Below, piece by piece: positions 1 to 12,715 of a stretch of 64,000 nucleotides of DNA. A model generated the notes under the pieces. It was not told the origin of the DNA and made no database searches. It worked only from the letters and a program-made list of their open reading frames with translations. The position numbers and the translations under genes are program-made. The stretch comes from Sphagnum compactum. Taxonomy: Eukaryota. Positions within the stretch are counted from its first letter, which is position 1. Each line of letters opens with the position of its first letter. The stretch covers positions 2,542,001 through 2,606,000 of the forward strand of contig OZ234493.1 in assembly GCA_965153455.1 (NCBI GenBank). Direction: 5' to 3'.

Positions 1-3000
1 TGGTAACCTGCAATCAGTACTCCGCTATTCATATCAACTAAATGAGTGGCTTCCAGAGATTGAACAACAATTTTACCCAAAGACAAAGAGTGAGCGCAAG
101 GCTGTAGTCCTATCTTGAACCAAAAAGTTGTACATAAACTCCAATCTACACTGGTCTTTGTTCATATAGTAACGAAGAAACGGATGTAAAGAAGGTGCAC
201 TTATGGTCGCAAGGAGATATGTAGAGAATCCAGATAGAGAATCCAAATACTTAGTGTGAATATCATGTATTTGTATGTGGGAAGAGGATGAAAATGGTCT
301 CACAGCAATAGCAAAATAGTCAACGAGAGTCTTCCCATCAGCTCCAGTAAAGTGTTTAAAATCAACTTGTGCCAGAAATCTACAACCACATTTGTACCCA
401 AAGACAAAGAATAAACACAATGCCTGTGGTCCTAACTTGAACCAAAAAGTTGTACATAAATTCCATCTCTCACAACATAAGTATCAAATTCAGTCGTGGA
501 GAGAGGAGTATTCCTGTGAAATGTTCAAAAAATCAATTGAGAATATTGGAAGGACTTTCAAGAACTTAGACTGGGCCCCGGGGTAGTGACTTCAAATTTC
601 AATCACAAAATTTTGGCAAGATTCCAGCCGTATTGTGCTTTGTGAGCAGTGAAAAAAGCAGTTTTCATGCGTAGAATTCTTTCGACTATGATCACAGGAG
701 ACAGGAGGAAACCAAAGGACAAAAGAGAATGTTGGGCAATTAAAATTTCCAATTGCTAAAAACAGACCATGCACCTGATGACAAGAATACAGAAGACAAG
801 GACAGCAACAGCAAGGCCGATTTGGCCAATTGTTGTCGCCAGGGAATTGAGGCGCTCTTGCAACGGTGTCTCCTCGTCATTTTCCTCACTGATATTTGCC
901 ATCAATCTTCCCCACTCGGTCCTCATGCCTACTGCCGTTACCTGCAGTTGTTCCTTATTCAAAATCACATCAAGCACTTCCATTCCTCCATTCCACTTTT
1001 CTTAGAACTACTCTATTTTCACGAGCTCGGGAAAAAAAGGAAGGAATCATTTCGTTCTCCATCCTGCTCCACCCTTAAAAAATTCTCGTCATTCCTACTC
1101 CTACTTGCATGGCTTAGAAAATTATAAAAACTCGGTAGGTCTTCCTCCTCTCAATTGATACATTGGTGTGGACTTATGCTGAGAGTCTGAGACATTTTCC
1201 TCAGATAGTTATAGATAGCTGACAGAGGACATGCTTGAGCAGACCGAAACTAATTACCATCATGTCACCGTATCCATCCATCACTTTGCACCCGGAGAGT
1301 AAAAACGGATGCTCTATTTCGTCCTTTTCCATCTGCACATCAAGGAGGCCACATATATCATCTTCCCTTAGTGTAAATTTGAGGCCTAGAACGTTGACAA
1401 CTCGACTGAAACTTTCTTGGTGTCTTCATCTTCGTTTGGAGAAACAACCATTGAGAAAAAGTCAAATTTTGTCCGCAAACGATCATCTAGCCCAAGTACG
1501 ACTGCCTCCAATTACGGTGTGATGTAAGATCTCAAGAGTCGTTCTTGGTAATACATACGTCTCATGACTCCTTTTCTTTATCTTGTAACATTATCCACAA
1601 TTCAAAGTAATACGTGCTTCCAATGTCTCATTTCGCTTGAAACCTTTCCAAATACGTGTTTATACTCAAGGTAATAAAATAGGGAAAGTAAAATTCAGAG
1701 AAGGAAGATTGGAACACACAGGTTCACTTTCTCCAGTCATGCTGGACTCGTCCACAAGCATCGAATGCCCTACTACAAGCAATCCATCTGCTGGGATCTG
1801 CACACACAAAACCACAAGTATATGGGAACCGAAACAGGACACTAAAGAACAAGAAACTGGAGAAGAACGATTGATTCTATAAAGGAGAGAACACATTTTG
1901 CGTAGCTGTCTTGTGCAAATCAATTTTGGACTGAAAATAGAGAAATAGATTCATGGAGAACGTGCATGATTTCATGACCCACAAATTTAGTTGAACAGAC
2001 AACAACACCACATCATGATTGAGATTGGACCTATTTTCTCTTATGCCATGATGTTTAAGTTTTTCGGAACTGTGGATCGTAGATTTCCTCTGTCGTCCCA
2101 CTCGAATTGATCACACATATGTTTCACAATTGCCTCGGCTAAAGCCAATTTGCTCACACACAAACCCTTACGTGTACAGTATAATGCATAAATTATACCT
2201 GGTCACCGATATTGAGTTGCACGATATCTCCCACCACGATATCAAAGATGGACACTTTGAGTCTCCTTCCGTTTCTCGTGACCTGTTGCATGCAAAGAGC
2301 TTTAGAACTACTTCTTTCGTTTGGAATGTATTATTTTCGCGTTGAGACTCGCAAACTTAAAAGTGGACCATGTTCTAATCAGGGTAAAATGCAACATTGA
2401 AAATGAGCCAAGTCCTGTATGCTGCTCTTCCGAATTAACAAATGTGTGAGAAGATGCATAGAGATCCAGAAGGTTGGTGCCTTTGGACACTGCGAGCTAT
2501 GGACAATTGTCTTACATTGATCATGATATTCCTTTTCTGATCATTGAGCCGTTGGAACTGTTGGTCTTGCTTGTAATCACTGATTGCTGTGACAAAGGTC
2601 CCACACGCTGCACATTAGTCCCATGAATATTAATATGATCTTTCAAAGTGTCATTAAAAAGAAGATCCGAATTCATATTTCAGTGGTCGAGATATTGGTT
2701 GTTTCCAGATTTTAGATCATGTCACCGGGGCCTTCCTATGAGGATTCATAGAAATTCTCAATGTTGTGCTTCAATCTCAAAGGAGTTGGAGAGAATGTGA
2801 ATAGACACTGACAAGCAACCATCACGACCAAAACGACTGCAAAGGTAATGCCTCCTCCATCATACCAGCCTGTTGACAAACTCTACACACACCGTGCACA
2901 TCACCAACACACAATAAGAATTTAGGCGAGCATGTTGCCCGAATCATGCTCTCGAAGGAAAATTGAGAACAATTCAAGCCTCAAGAGTGCCAAATTTACA

Positions 3001-4012
3001 GGTCGTGCGTTGATGTGTTGGCCACTTGCTCATCTGGACATGCGATCTCAAGCTTGCACTAGTCGTGTACATTCTGATGGTTGTTGTTGTTGACATCCAC
3101 GATCCCAAATCCATCTCTTTTTGAACTAAATTCAGGTTTGCCAAAATTAGGGTGAGAGCATATAGCTTCAAGAATACCTCAGTCGTTAAGCCAACAATCA
3201 AAGACACAATGGCACAGACGACCAAGATCAGCAGAGTCTCATCCTGACAAGCCTCCCACAAATATTCCTGTATGGGACCAGTCACCACCGTTACCAATCC
3301 CATGTCAAGCCAAAAAAGTACACAATTTATCAAAATCTTTATAGGCAATGAAACGGAAATCGAAGTCTCAGAAAGAATCGGTGATAATTTTGGTCGAGCC
3401 ATGGCGCTTGCTTTATGAAGTTCTACTGAAGATCATTCATGCATGATCGAGGAGATCTACCAAGAAGCTGCTCTAGAGCAAATTGACATTGAAATCTTCC
3501 AAATTCATTGGGGATTATGTCTTACAATAAAAAGCTTAGGTTTCTTGACTGGATATCTATTTGCGCCGAACGAATCAACTCGCAATCTGACGTCTTCAAG
3601 ACTCCCCTGAATGCCCTGCGTTGGATCAACTCGTAAACAGATCGCAATGCCTCGTAATCCACCATGGTCTTTTATATTCTCAGGATTTATGCCTATTTCT
3701 TCAATCTCCTGAGGTGAGATTGCAAACCCTGCCAGACTCCATGGTGGCACGGTATGGACCGGTGTAACTGTATTGTACAAGGACCACAATGCAGCACTTC
3801 ATGAGAAAATCATGTACAAACACTTCCTCAAAAATTACAACTCAACTAACTATCAAGGGCCATTTTCGAACTCTAGTACCTGCATCAAAAAACTGTTGTT
3901 CTACACATCACATGCTTTGTAGGAACATTGGTCAGGGAAAACATGGTCGACACGTCAACGGGACTACCCTTGACGTACCTATTGCTGAAGGGATGGCTGC
4001 ATTCAAAGGCAT
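1..4012 (-). CDS. ACA: Plasma-membrane-type (P2B) Ca2+-transporting ATPase, 5' portion; the gene runs off the window start
   Basis: Phase-consistent GT-AG exons: 4012-3979 (tentative, MPLNAAIPSAIG), 3728-3526 (FAISPQE...GANRYPVKKPKLFI), 3267-3178 (EYLWEACQDETLLIL...LTTE), 2882-2813 (SLSTGWYDGGGITFAV), 2586-2516 (ISDYKQDQQFQRLNDQKRNI), 2282-2199 (VTRNGRR...DIVVGDIVQLNIGDQ), 1797-1720 (IPADG...DESSMTGESEP, the TGES actuator motif), 1332-1258 (PFLLSGCKVMDGYG), 941-775 (VTAVGMRTEWGRLM...ETPLQERLN), 379-304, 7-1. Intron positions resemble the intron-rich ACA8/9/10 type. The start codon is uncertain. Confidence 0.93.
74..465. repeat. About 70-bp duplication in the two introns flanking ACA exon 379-304
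   Basis: 74-143 (tacccaaagacaaaga...cttgaaccaaaaagttgtacataaactcca) aligns by eye with 395-465 (tacccaaagacaaaga...cttgaaccaaaaagttgtacataaattcca). Confidence 0.85.
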
Positions 4013-5799
4013 GATGGATTCTCCTGATTCCCGCCAGTTGTGTCAATTGACCTATTTCATCAGACAGATGCCTGTTGCCGCGGAGCATCCAATCAACATA
4101 TACGCCCCACCAGTATTCATGACCAAAACACTGCATTGATCAGACATTGCTATACGTATTGTATGACGCAGAATCAGCATCCAATGCTAAATTTCTGAGG
4201 CCCCTGATGCAAAATGAATTGTGGAAGAAAAGAGGATTGTGATAACCCACATGGCTTAACATTAACCAAGTAGAGTTATCGCCGAATTATACGATCATCT
4301 CATGTCCTTGTCACAAGTCTCCCCGCCTGCCACAGTCTTGCAGTGACGTCCTTGCTTTCTTGTACGTGGAACATTTTTACTCCCTGATTGGAATCGCTCG
4401 AGCGGTCTACTGCCAGATCTGTATGAATTCACTTGCTTAAAACAGGCTGAAGTCCTTAACAACACAATGCAGCATCGTTTTCAAGGGAGGGAAAACGGCT
4501 CACGAGTCGTGGATCATGTCATGATCACTACTACTCTTAGCTCATGCTGCAAGCACGTCCGGCTGTCACAGGCTTTAAAATTTTTATAATCCCTGCGCAC
4601 CCCACCTTCAAATGTAATATGATTCCACAGCATAAGGAATTAGGTGGCCAAACGAGGATTGAAAAAAAGGCAATAGTAGCAAGCTTGTTGCTTTCCTTCA
4701 GGAGATGAATTGGGCAGAAGAGGAAACAGGGCACATGTGAAGAAGGGGAAGCGTCGCTGTGAGCTCCGTGCTGAGTGTTTGTTTTTACGATGTGCGTTAA
4801 CCGCTCTCCATTCATGCGAAGCCCAACAGGCCTCCAACCGTCGGTTTTCTGGCCTCGTATACCTAATGGACTCTTCCAATGATGGATACCAGTATGAATA
4901 CCCCATTGATACCTGCCCTTAAATATCCATCAGCTATGTAAGTGCTTGTAGGCATTTCTTAATGCATGGTCCCATATTCCAACAGCAGCTGTAACGCTTA
5001 GGAGCCTCAATACATGAAATATTTCGCTGTTGCTGGATCCCCTCACTCTCAATAATGTTGCATGTAGGGTAAAGCCCTAGGTCACAGATTTTATTCTGGC
5101 CCGCACGAGGCAGAGCTGAGTGTGGGCCTGATTCCGGTAAAACCTGCAGCCTCAAGCCTTACCGAGCATAAAGACCTGCTCTGATTTTTTGGGTTTTATT
5201 TTCCCATGCTTGCCTTGGTATTACAGAAAAAATATGCAATGTGTTTTGAAAATAATGCTTGCATGAGTGAGCGTTCCTTTTTCTAGCAAGTATTCTATTT
5301 TTTTAAACACCTCACAAACAGAGCAAAATACGTCGGGCATGGTGCCTTTCAATTGCACTGAAAAATTTGGATTTATAAATTTTTATGATAGTACTAGAGG
5401 TGCAAGTAGGGTTTTAATTATATTTTTATTCATTTTTATGCTATTTTTTAAATTTTATATACGTGATACACAATAAAATTAGAGACATACAATTTTTATG
5501 TCTACTTTACCATACTTTTACCCAAAGACTAGTTCTGACTATTCTTATCTTAGTATGATGTGACCCTTTGAGTCCTTCTCTAGTAAAAGAGGTATCTATA
5601 CCTTAATCACTACTAGTGTGGCCTCTGCTGTTGGCCCAAGTGTGAACCCATTACAAAATAGGGAAACTCAACATGTGAACATTGTTTTGCAATGTATGTA
5701 TCGATTTTTTGAGCAGCCAAATATGAAAGGAAATCATGCTTGAATTGAACGGTAAGCTTTCAAGACTTACCACGTTCTCAACTGATTTTTCCTTCCAAA

Positions 5800-6145
5800 A
5801 CCTGGTTTTTTGGAATTTATTTGAATTTTCTTAATGGCAAAAATCACTTAGAAATCAAATTTTCCCACATTCTGAATCGAAATCTTACCAAATAAGTTCC
5901 TTTAAATCCTGCTCATGAAGATCTTTCCAACAACACCAAAGGCACACTCCAAATCCTCCAAAATTTTCAGCTACGATTTAATTTAATTTTCAGTGAAAAA
6001 ATCATTCAATATTCAAGAACTTTTGCACTGCAAGTCCAAACGTCATGGACCCAAGCCCATGCAGCCCTCCTTGTCAAGAGCTTTCCAGTTCGGTGGATCT
6101 TATAACTACAAAAACAAACAAACTACCTTCCTTCATAGAAAGATG
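5800..6145. repeat. Probable dispersed non-autonomous repeat upstream of ACA
   Basis: Non-coding block (...ctcatgaagatctttccaacaacaccaaagg...cttgtcaagagctttcc...) that I recall as a common Sphagnum repeat. There is only one copy in this window, so it is not verifiable here. Confidence 0.45.
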
Positions 6146-6229
6146 CCATGCTAAGTGCTTAAACTTGTGCGAGAAGAGACAAATGATTCCTTTTATTCAA
6201 AAGAGACACATGGGTGAAAGTTCATTATG

Positions 6230-9200
6230 TTGGTCTTTTGTATAGGAATGGCCTGCAAACAGTCAGCCTCTTCAGCTTGTATGCAACCTTGTGCCCTCTT
6301 CTCAACATTCCTTTGAGAACCCATCCGTTAGACCCGCATGCACCAAATTTTTGCTGACCTAGCCACAAGAACAAAGATTTCCAAGAAGTAATTTGTAGAG
6401 AAAGAAACAACAACATCAAGGAATATGAAACAAATGATGTGTGAAGTTGCAAAGAACAAAGACATCCACAACACTTAAGGATCAAAGGAACATTGTCACT
6501 TCTTGTTTGTTCATATCAGTAAGTTGGATGTAGACCCACCAATGCATGCTCCACTTCTATAGGACGAACATCAAAATAAATCCACCAATCACCTATCAAG
6601 ATAAATGTGTTCATTTGTCCAAAGTACCCTAAAAATCTCAAACAAATAGTCTAATATAGGAAAAGATACGATTTAAAATGAGGTGAAAAGAACACCATCT
6701 TCACTCCCTATGGATGTTCTTCAACAAGAACCCTAATCAACAAAACATCACCCTCCTCTGGACAATCGATACAATACCATGGCAGAGGTTCAATTTCAAA
6801 ATTAAACTTTTGTTCTAAAGATAAGAAGTCGATGCCCTATTCGTGAAATTCAATCCAGTAAATGTAAATGGTAGAGGTAGGTCATACTGACCCTAATAAT
6901 CCTCTTCAAACATATATTCAACAGTTTTTACCAGCATGTTCACACACAACTTGGTTCAATGCACGAACTTTATAAATCATGTGATCTTGCTTTACAAACC
7001 ACAATCACAGTCAACAAATCTTCACAATAATACAAAAACTTAAAAATATGGTTAGACAAAGCTCCACAGAATACAACACACAACCTCTTTTGCAAAATGT
7101 TTGCACACAAATGTTAAACCCTAAGTCACACGCACAATGCAAAAAGGAAACATAGAATTGCATTTGAAATTTGGCAATTGTAAAAAAACCTTAATGTACA
7201 TCTTAAAGCAGATTGTGACATGTGTTTACATGATGTCACCTTGTAGTAATAGTCATGAGTGAAAACTATTTTTATGTCCATTTGATGATTAGAAGTTCTT
7301 GTGTATTGCTTGTGGACAACTTTTTGTGAAACAAAGGTCCCAAATCATTGTCTTCCATTAATCAAGGACTTTGTAAGTTTCTAAATTTTTCCATAACTAG
7401 AACCACAATATGATTTTATTTTATTTCTGGGAAACTCTTCATTTTAGGATTGTTATAACCCATATATCATGTTAGAAAAAATAAATCACAATTCCCCCAA
7501 ATAGGTTATTCAATATGAATCCATATTGATTTTTATAGACTATGATTAGGTGTGTTGCCTAATTTCAAAAGTCCACTACTTACTAATATGATAACATCTT
7601 CTCCTAAATTTTTTTATATTACTTCCACAAAGAATATAGAATGGGTAGGCGAGTCTCATTAAAACATCTAATCCATTCATATAAAAACATATAATTCAAA
7701 GCTTATTGAACATTGTGCAAAAGATTGCGCTATGATATCCAAAAATGGCACACCTTAGTGAGCAACCACCCATCTACCTATTCACATTAAAGTGCTTTCT
7801 TCGATGATGTATCTTTAATTTTACACCATGTCAAAAATTGAGTTTCATAAATTTTTTATGTTATGGTAGAACATAACCCAAGCAAAAGAATAGAATTTAT
7901 TTATTTATTTATTTATTGTTAAGAAAAAATATATGTATCGAGAAACACCAATATATTTCAAAAGTTATTGAAACGATTTTTTAATTTTTATGAAATTTGT
8001 AATATTCATTTCATATGTGATAATTTTAAATAAATTTGAAGCACATTTGTGAACCATTTGAAGAATTTCATAATTTTCAACATAAATTGGGACTCTTTTG
8101 GGGTCTTGATTACAAGTATTGTTATACATGTGTGTGTACCCATGGTTTTATTTTCTTTCAAATAATGTTATATGACATTAGATTTGTGAACTTGTTCAAA
8201 TTATAAGTTTTAAACACCAAAAATTTAATTCAAAATTAAATGAACCACATTTTGGGGTGAAAGTACGATTGGGTGGTACCATTAATTAAGAACCATTTTT
8301 TAAAACATTTCAAGAATGGTTAGAAAATATTTGGTAAAAATTATTTATTTATTTATTTATTTTCTTATTGTTGCATCCATGTAACCAAGGGTTTTGATTA
8401 TTTTTAGGATAAAATGCAAGATCTTCTTGTTCTTATATGCGAAAGTGTGACTAGTGGGGAAAATGTTTTTTTTAATTTCAAGGAGGTTTTGAATTCAAAT
8501 CTCCACTTAATATTAAGTTCTACCTATTATTAAACTTTAAATTTTTAAAGGTTGAGAACAAAACCTCATAGTCCACGCTATAACCATAACTACAACTAGG
8601 GTTAGGGCCAAGTATTTAAACCTAGGTTGAAAACTATACCCAAAGGGCAACCTTACAACCACCTTGGGCATCAAGGTTGGGGCTAAATGATACCCTAGAT
8701 AGTTTTCAAAAAGAAGTTTTTAACCAATGATGGGAACTACCAATGCTCATGATGAAATAATGCCTTGGGTACATCAAGGTTGGGGCCACATGTTACCCAA
8801 GTTGAAAATTAGACCCAAAAATCAACCTCATATTTGTTTTGGGCATCCAAGTTGGGGCCAAATGATACCTTGGACAATTTTCAAGGAGAAGGTTTTCACT
8901 TACAATGAAAATCACCATATTCATGGTGAGAATTGGCCTAAACCAAGGCTAATTTTCACCCATTTTGTGATACTTGCACAACACTAGTTCAAACCTACAA
9001 ATGTAAAAACTCATTAGTAGTTTTAGATTAAAAAGTCATGTATTATAACTAGCAAGGACATGTAATGCATTCTAAACAAACATATAGAGCCAAAATTAGT
9101 GGAACACCATCAAATGTCATGTGTTATGGACACCATAATTTTTGTGTCAATGAAAATTTTATGGGCAAGCAAAAGAAAATTAAACATTTGAAAAAATATT

Positions 9201-11400
9201 ATTTGGAAATAAACTTCACACTTTTCAGCTAATAATTAATGATAAATTTATTGTAAATATTGTACTTACGAAAAGGTGCATGCATATACATTCAAAGGAA
9301 TCAATCAGATTGTTTTATAAAAGGATTTTGAATATTTATTTAGTCTTTTTCATTTTCTCATATATATTTTTGCAATGAAATCTTTTGCAAGTTGTTATTA
9401 AAAATACACATACTTGCGTGAATATATCTCTTTTTTATGTTAATTATTTTTGAATAAATATAAATTTTTCAGAGTGTGTAAATTTTGCTAAATTTTGTGT
9501 GTGTGTGTTTTTTTTTAATTCATAATTTGAATTATACCCCAAAATTTTTATTTTTTTTTTTGTCTTGTATCATAAATTACAACTTTGTTTTATATGTCAT
9601 ATACAATACACCTCATTTACATGGAGTAAAAGACTTTGAAAATTTAAGATTTTGAAACATATTTTGAATTTTAAAATATTTAAAATTCCAATAACTTTTA
9701 AATTGTGAGTGTTTTTGGAATATGCATAATAAGTTACTATCATTTTTTAAAAATTATTATCAATTTTTTTATTAAAATAGTCCTTACTTTAGTCTTTTAA
9801 AAAATTAATTGATGTTGACATAACTATTATTCAAGTTCAAAAGTCTTTTACTAAAACCAAAACCCAAAATTAAATTTAATATTTTTTTATTTGAATTTTT
9901 CAACATTCAAATTAGTCATTTAGCACAACTTGGAATGATTAAGTAATTTTTAAATGTCAAAATAAAAACATATGTAAGAAAGTTTATAGTTTCCACCACT
10001 ATTTGACATGGTTTTTGGTTCTTTTGAATGTATTCACACCCCAAACACTTCAAAAGTCTGCAGTTTTCAAATGACAAAACATCATATACTTGAATTAACT
10101 TGTATAATGGTTTGAATTGTAATTAATAATTGTTGACATATAAAACTTTAGATAATAATTATGTTGTTTTCTCTTCTTCTTGATATGTTTTTTGATATAT
10201 TTACAATATCAAGGAACAAAAAAAACATAAAATAATTATATTATTTTAATAGGTTTTATGTGCTAATTTAAGCATCTTTGAAAATGAACAAAAGATGAAT
10301 TATCTTAAAGGCTACTTCAGGAGATGAATACTTAAGGAAACAAAAGTTACAAATTAATTAAGCTCATGCAATTTTAAACCATGAACATATTTAACATTGG
10401 CATTGTGATTAGCATTTATCATACACCTAATACATTTGAACTTCTTGATTTTAATAATAAAACTCTCATTTATCCTTACATGAAGAGCTTTTTCTTTGTA
10501 ACTTTGTAAATTGACATGCCTTTCCCCCTTTGATTTTTCATGTCTTCGCCATCACCTTTCATTGTATATTGTTTGACCCATGAAAGAATGCTTCATTAGG
10601 TCATGAAATCATTGCAAAACATGTGTTTTTTAAAATCAAAGGATTCAATTATTGTAATTCTTTTTAGACTTGAGGTGTGTGAACACTATCTTGTTTTAAA
10701 TATGGCATGACATGAAATCATTATAATGCATTTCAAACATAAGTTCAAATGCACCAAGATAGTTGAGTGATTTCAATTATCAACCTTGGACCTAAGTATG
10801 CCTTTTTCAAGAACCATGTAACAAAACTCTATTAGAGTCATAGTTTTTAATGGAAGCTTAAAAGCATAGCATTACCATCTTTTTCAAGTATTTCCAATGT
10901 TTTCCTTCCTCAAATTAATTATTTTCTTCAATTCTTTTTTTCCCAACATTCTTTGCCTCATTGATTACAATCAATCCACATACAACACCCAAGAAGACCT
11001 ATTTGATATTGACCTATTTCATGTCTTGCAAGGAAGTCATTGAATAGTTTGCACGTGAAAGTTTAAGACACAAAAAAAATTTAACTTATTTTTGGGCAAA
11101 GATTTTAAGGGAATGATAGCAACATCAATATATCATATTCTTCCAAAGTGTCATATGACTGAAGTTTTTCCAACCATTGATCAATTTTTGCATGTTGCAT
11201 GCATAGATCATTATAGAAAATGTTATTTCCACAAAAACATGGGATCACAACTTTGAATGGACTAGTCAAAAACACACCTTCAAATGTTTGTAATATACCA
11301 TTCATCAAACACTTTAACAAAATGCAAGAGGCACTAGACTTGAATCTCTTCTATTGCACTAGACTTGAATCATGCAATCCTTTTATTTCATATTGTCCCA
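6230..11400 (-). pseudogene. Decayed multi-exon gene remnant, identity unknown
   Basis: Short minus-strand segments, many ending in GT donors, with protein-like translations: ~11320-11105 (FEGVFLTSPFK...KIDQWLEKLQSY), ~9310-9269 (IDSFECICMHLF|gtaagt), ~7350-7240 (MEDNDLGPLFHKKL), ~6775-6697 (IDCPEEGDVLLIRVLVEEHP*GVKM), ~6572-6540 (DVRPIEVEHAL|gtgggt), ~6395-6255 (ITSWKSLFLW...). There are many stops and frameshifts. Confidence 0.35.
8660..8930. repeat. Degenerate local direct repeats
   Basis: catc(a/c)a(g/a)gttggggc occurs at ~8669, ~8772 and ~8844. The first and third copies continue aaatgatacc...ttttcaa...ag, giving a period of about 175 bp. Confidence 0.6.
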
Positions 11401-11417
11401 TGTATAATTTGTAATGT

Positions 11418-11420
<3 letters not shown>

Positions 11421-11459
<39 letters not shown>
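11421..11459. repeat. (GT)n microsatellite
   Basis: Perfect gt run. Confidence 0.97.
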
Positions 11460-11460
<1 letters not shown>

Positions 11461-12715
11461 CAATTTCCCCTGGGGTTTCATTGGTTGATAAGCTAAGTGA
11501 CATATTTGCTTTCATATGACTATCCCAATTTGATTTTCAATTTCAAATTATCTTTTCAGCTTTCTTATTTATATTTGAAAAATGTGTAATACTTGGTAAC
11601 TAGTTCCATTTGCAAACCCTAAGTGTCTAATTGACAATAAAAAAAAACATATCAATTATATTTCAATGTCACAAATTTCATCAATTGCTAAGAAATTGCA
11701 AACATGAAACCAATAGCACAAGTCGTTGGGAATGACAATTGCCTTGTGGATGCTTGCAGGTTCAATTTACCACTACTAATATGATCATGAGGTTACCTAG
11801 ATGCCATTTGGTGCACCATATTTGACTACCGCAAATGTACTTGGCAAGGTGCACTTCACCCCCCACCCCCTAAAAAGCCCCAAACCCACACACACACACA
11901 TATGAAGAGAATTGGATGCAAGAGAAAACACAAATTGTGATCCCAAGACGCAACATATATATAGGATAGGCTTTTATTACTGATATTTCTTGGACGTTTA
12001 AGGGCATTATGGGTTTCATCACCATTCTATTCATTAATTTTACTTGGTCTTTTTTTGGGGCTTACTTTGTTGGTCATACTATTTTGCAATAAAGCATTGT
12101 GTTTTTTTTAAAGTGAAAATTTGTTATAAGTTAAAAAATTGTATTGTTTTCAATGCCCATTGAACATGAGTTGAGTTTTGAAATTATGACATCGAGCATT
12201 GCTTTCTATGAAAGGCAACTTATTGTTTTGAGGACATAATCCTCACTATATAGGGGTATTTAGGACTTAAAATTACCTTCCAAACGATAACATTATTGTC
12301 CTTTGAATAGCAAAATTGTTGATTGTGTTTTTTGCACCACACGCATTCATCTTGATATGTTATGCAACAATCCAAGATCTTGTTATTTTAATGAATGTTT
12401 GGATGATCTGACTCACTTACATTATTACATTTTTAATGATTAGACCTGCAATAGTTCCCAAAATGGAGAATATTGATTCACTTGTGGAGGGTTGTAGAAA
12501 TATCTTCATTATTAACAATAGATTCTATTGGGTTTTACACTATTTTCAACACCCAAGTAAAAATGTAATCAACTTAACAATCTCCCAAAATTAATTGGTA
12601 AGTAAGCATATGATGCAAAAAGTGATTCTAAATGTTTGAAACAGGATGTGCTCCTAATGACCAAAGTTGTTTTTAGGAGTATCAAACCCTAAATTTTGAA
12701 TCAACACAAAATCAG

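Noticed and set aside
4710-4922. Plus-strand ORF containing ASNRRFS, similar to the ACA autoinhibitory NASRRF motif
   Set aside because: It is on the opposite strand to the ACA gene, and the match is short enough to be chance.
5608-5618. CACTA motif as a transposon terminus
   Set aside because: No partner terminus, subterminal repeats or CACTA transposase were found.
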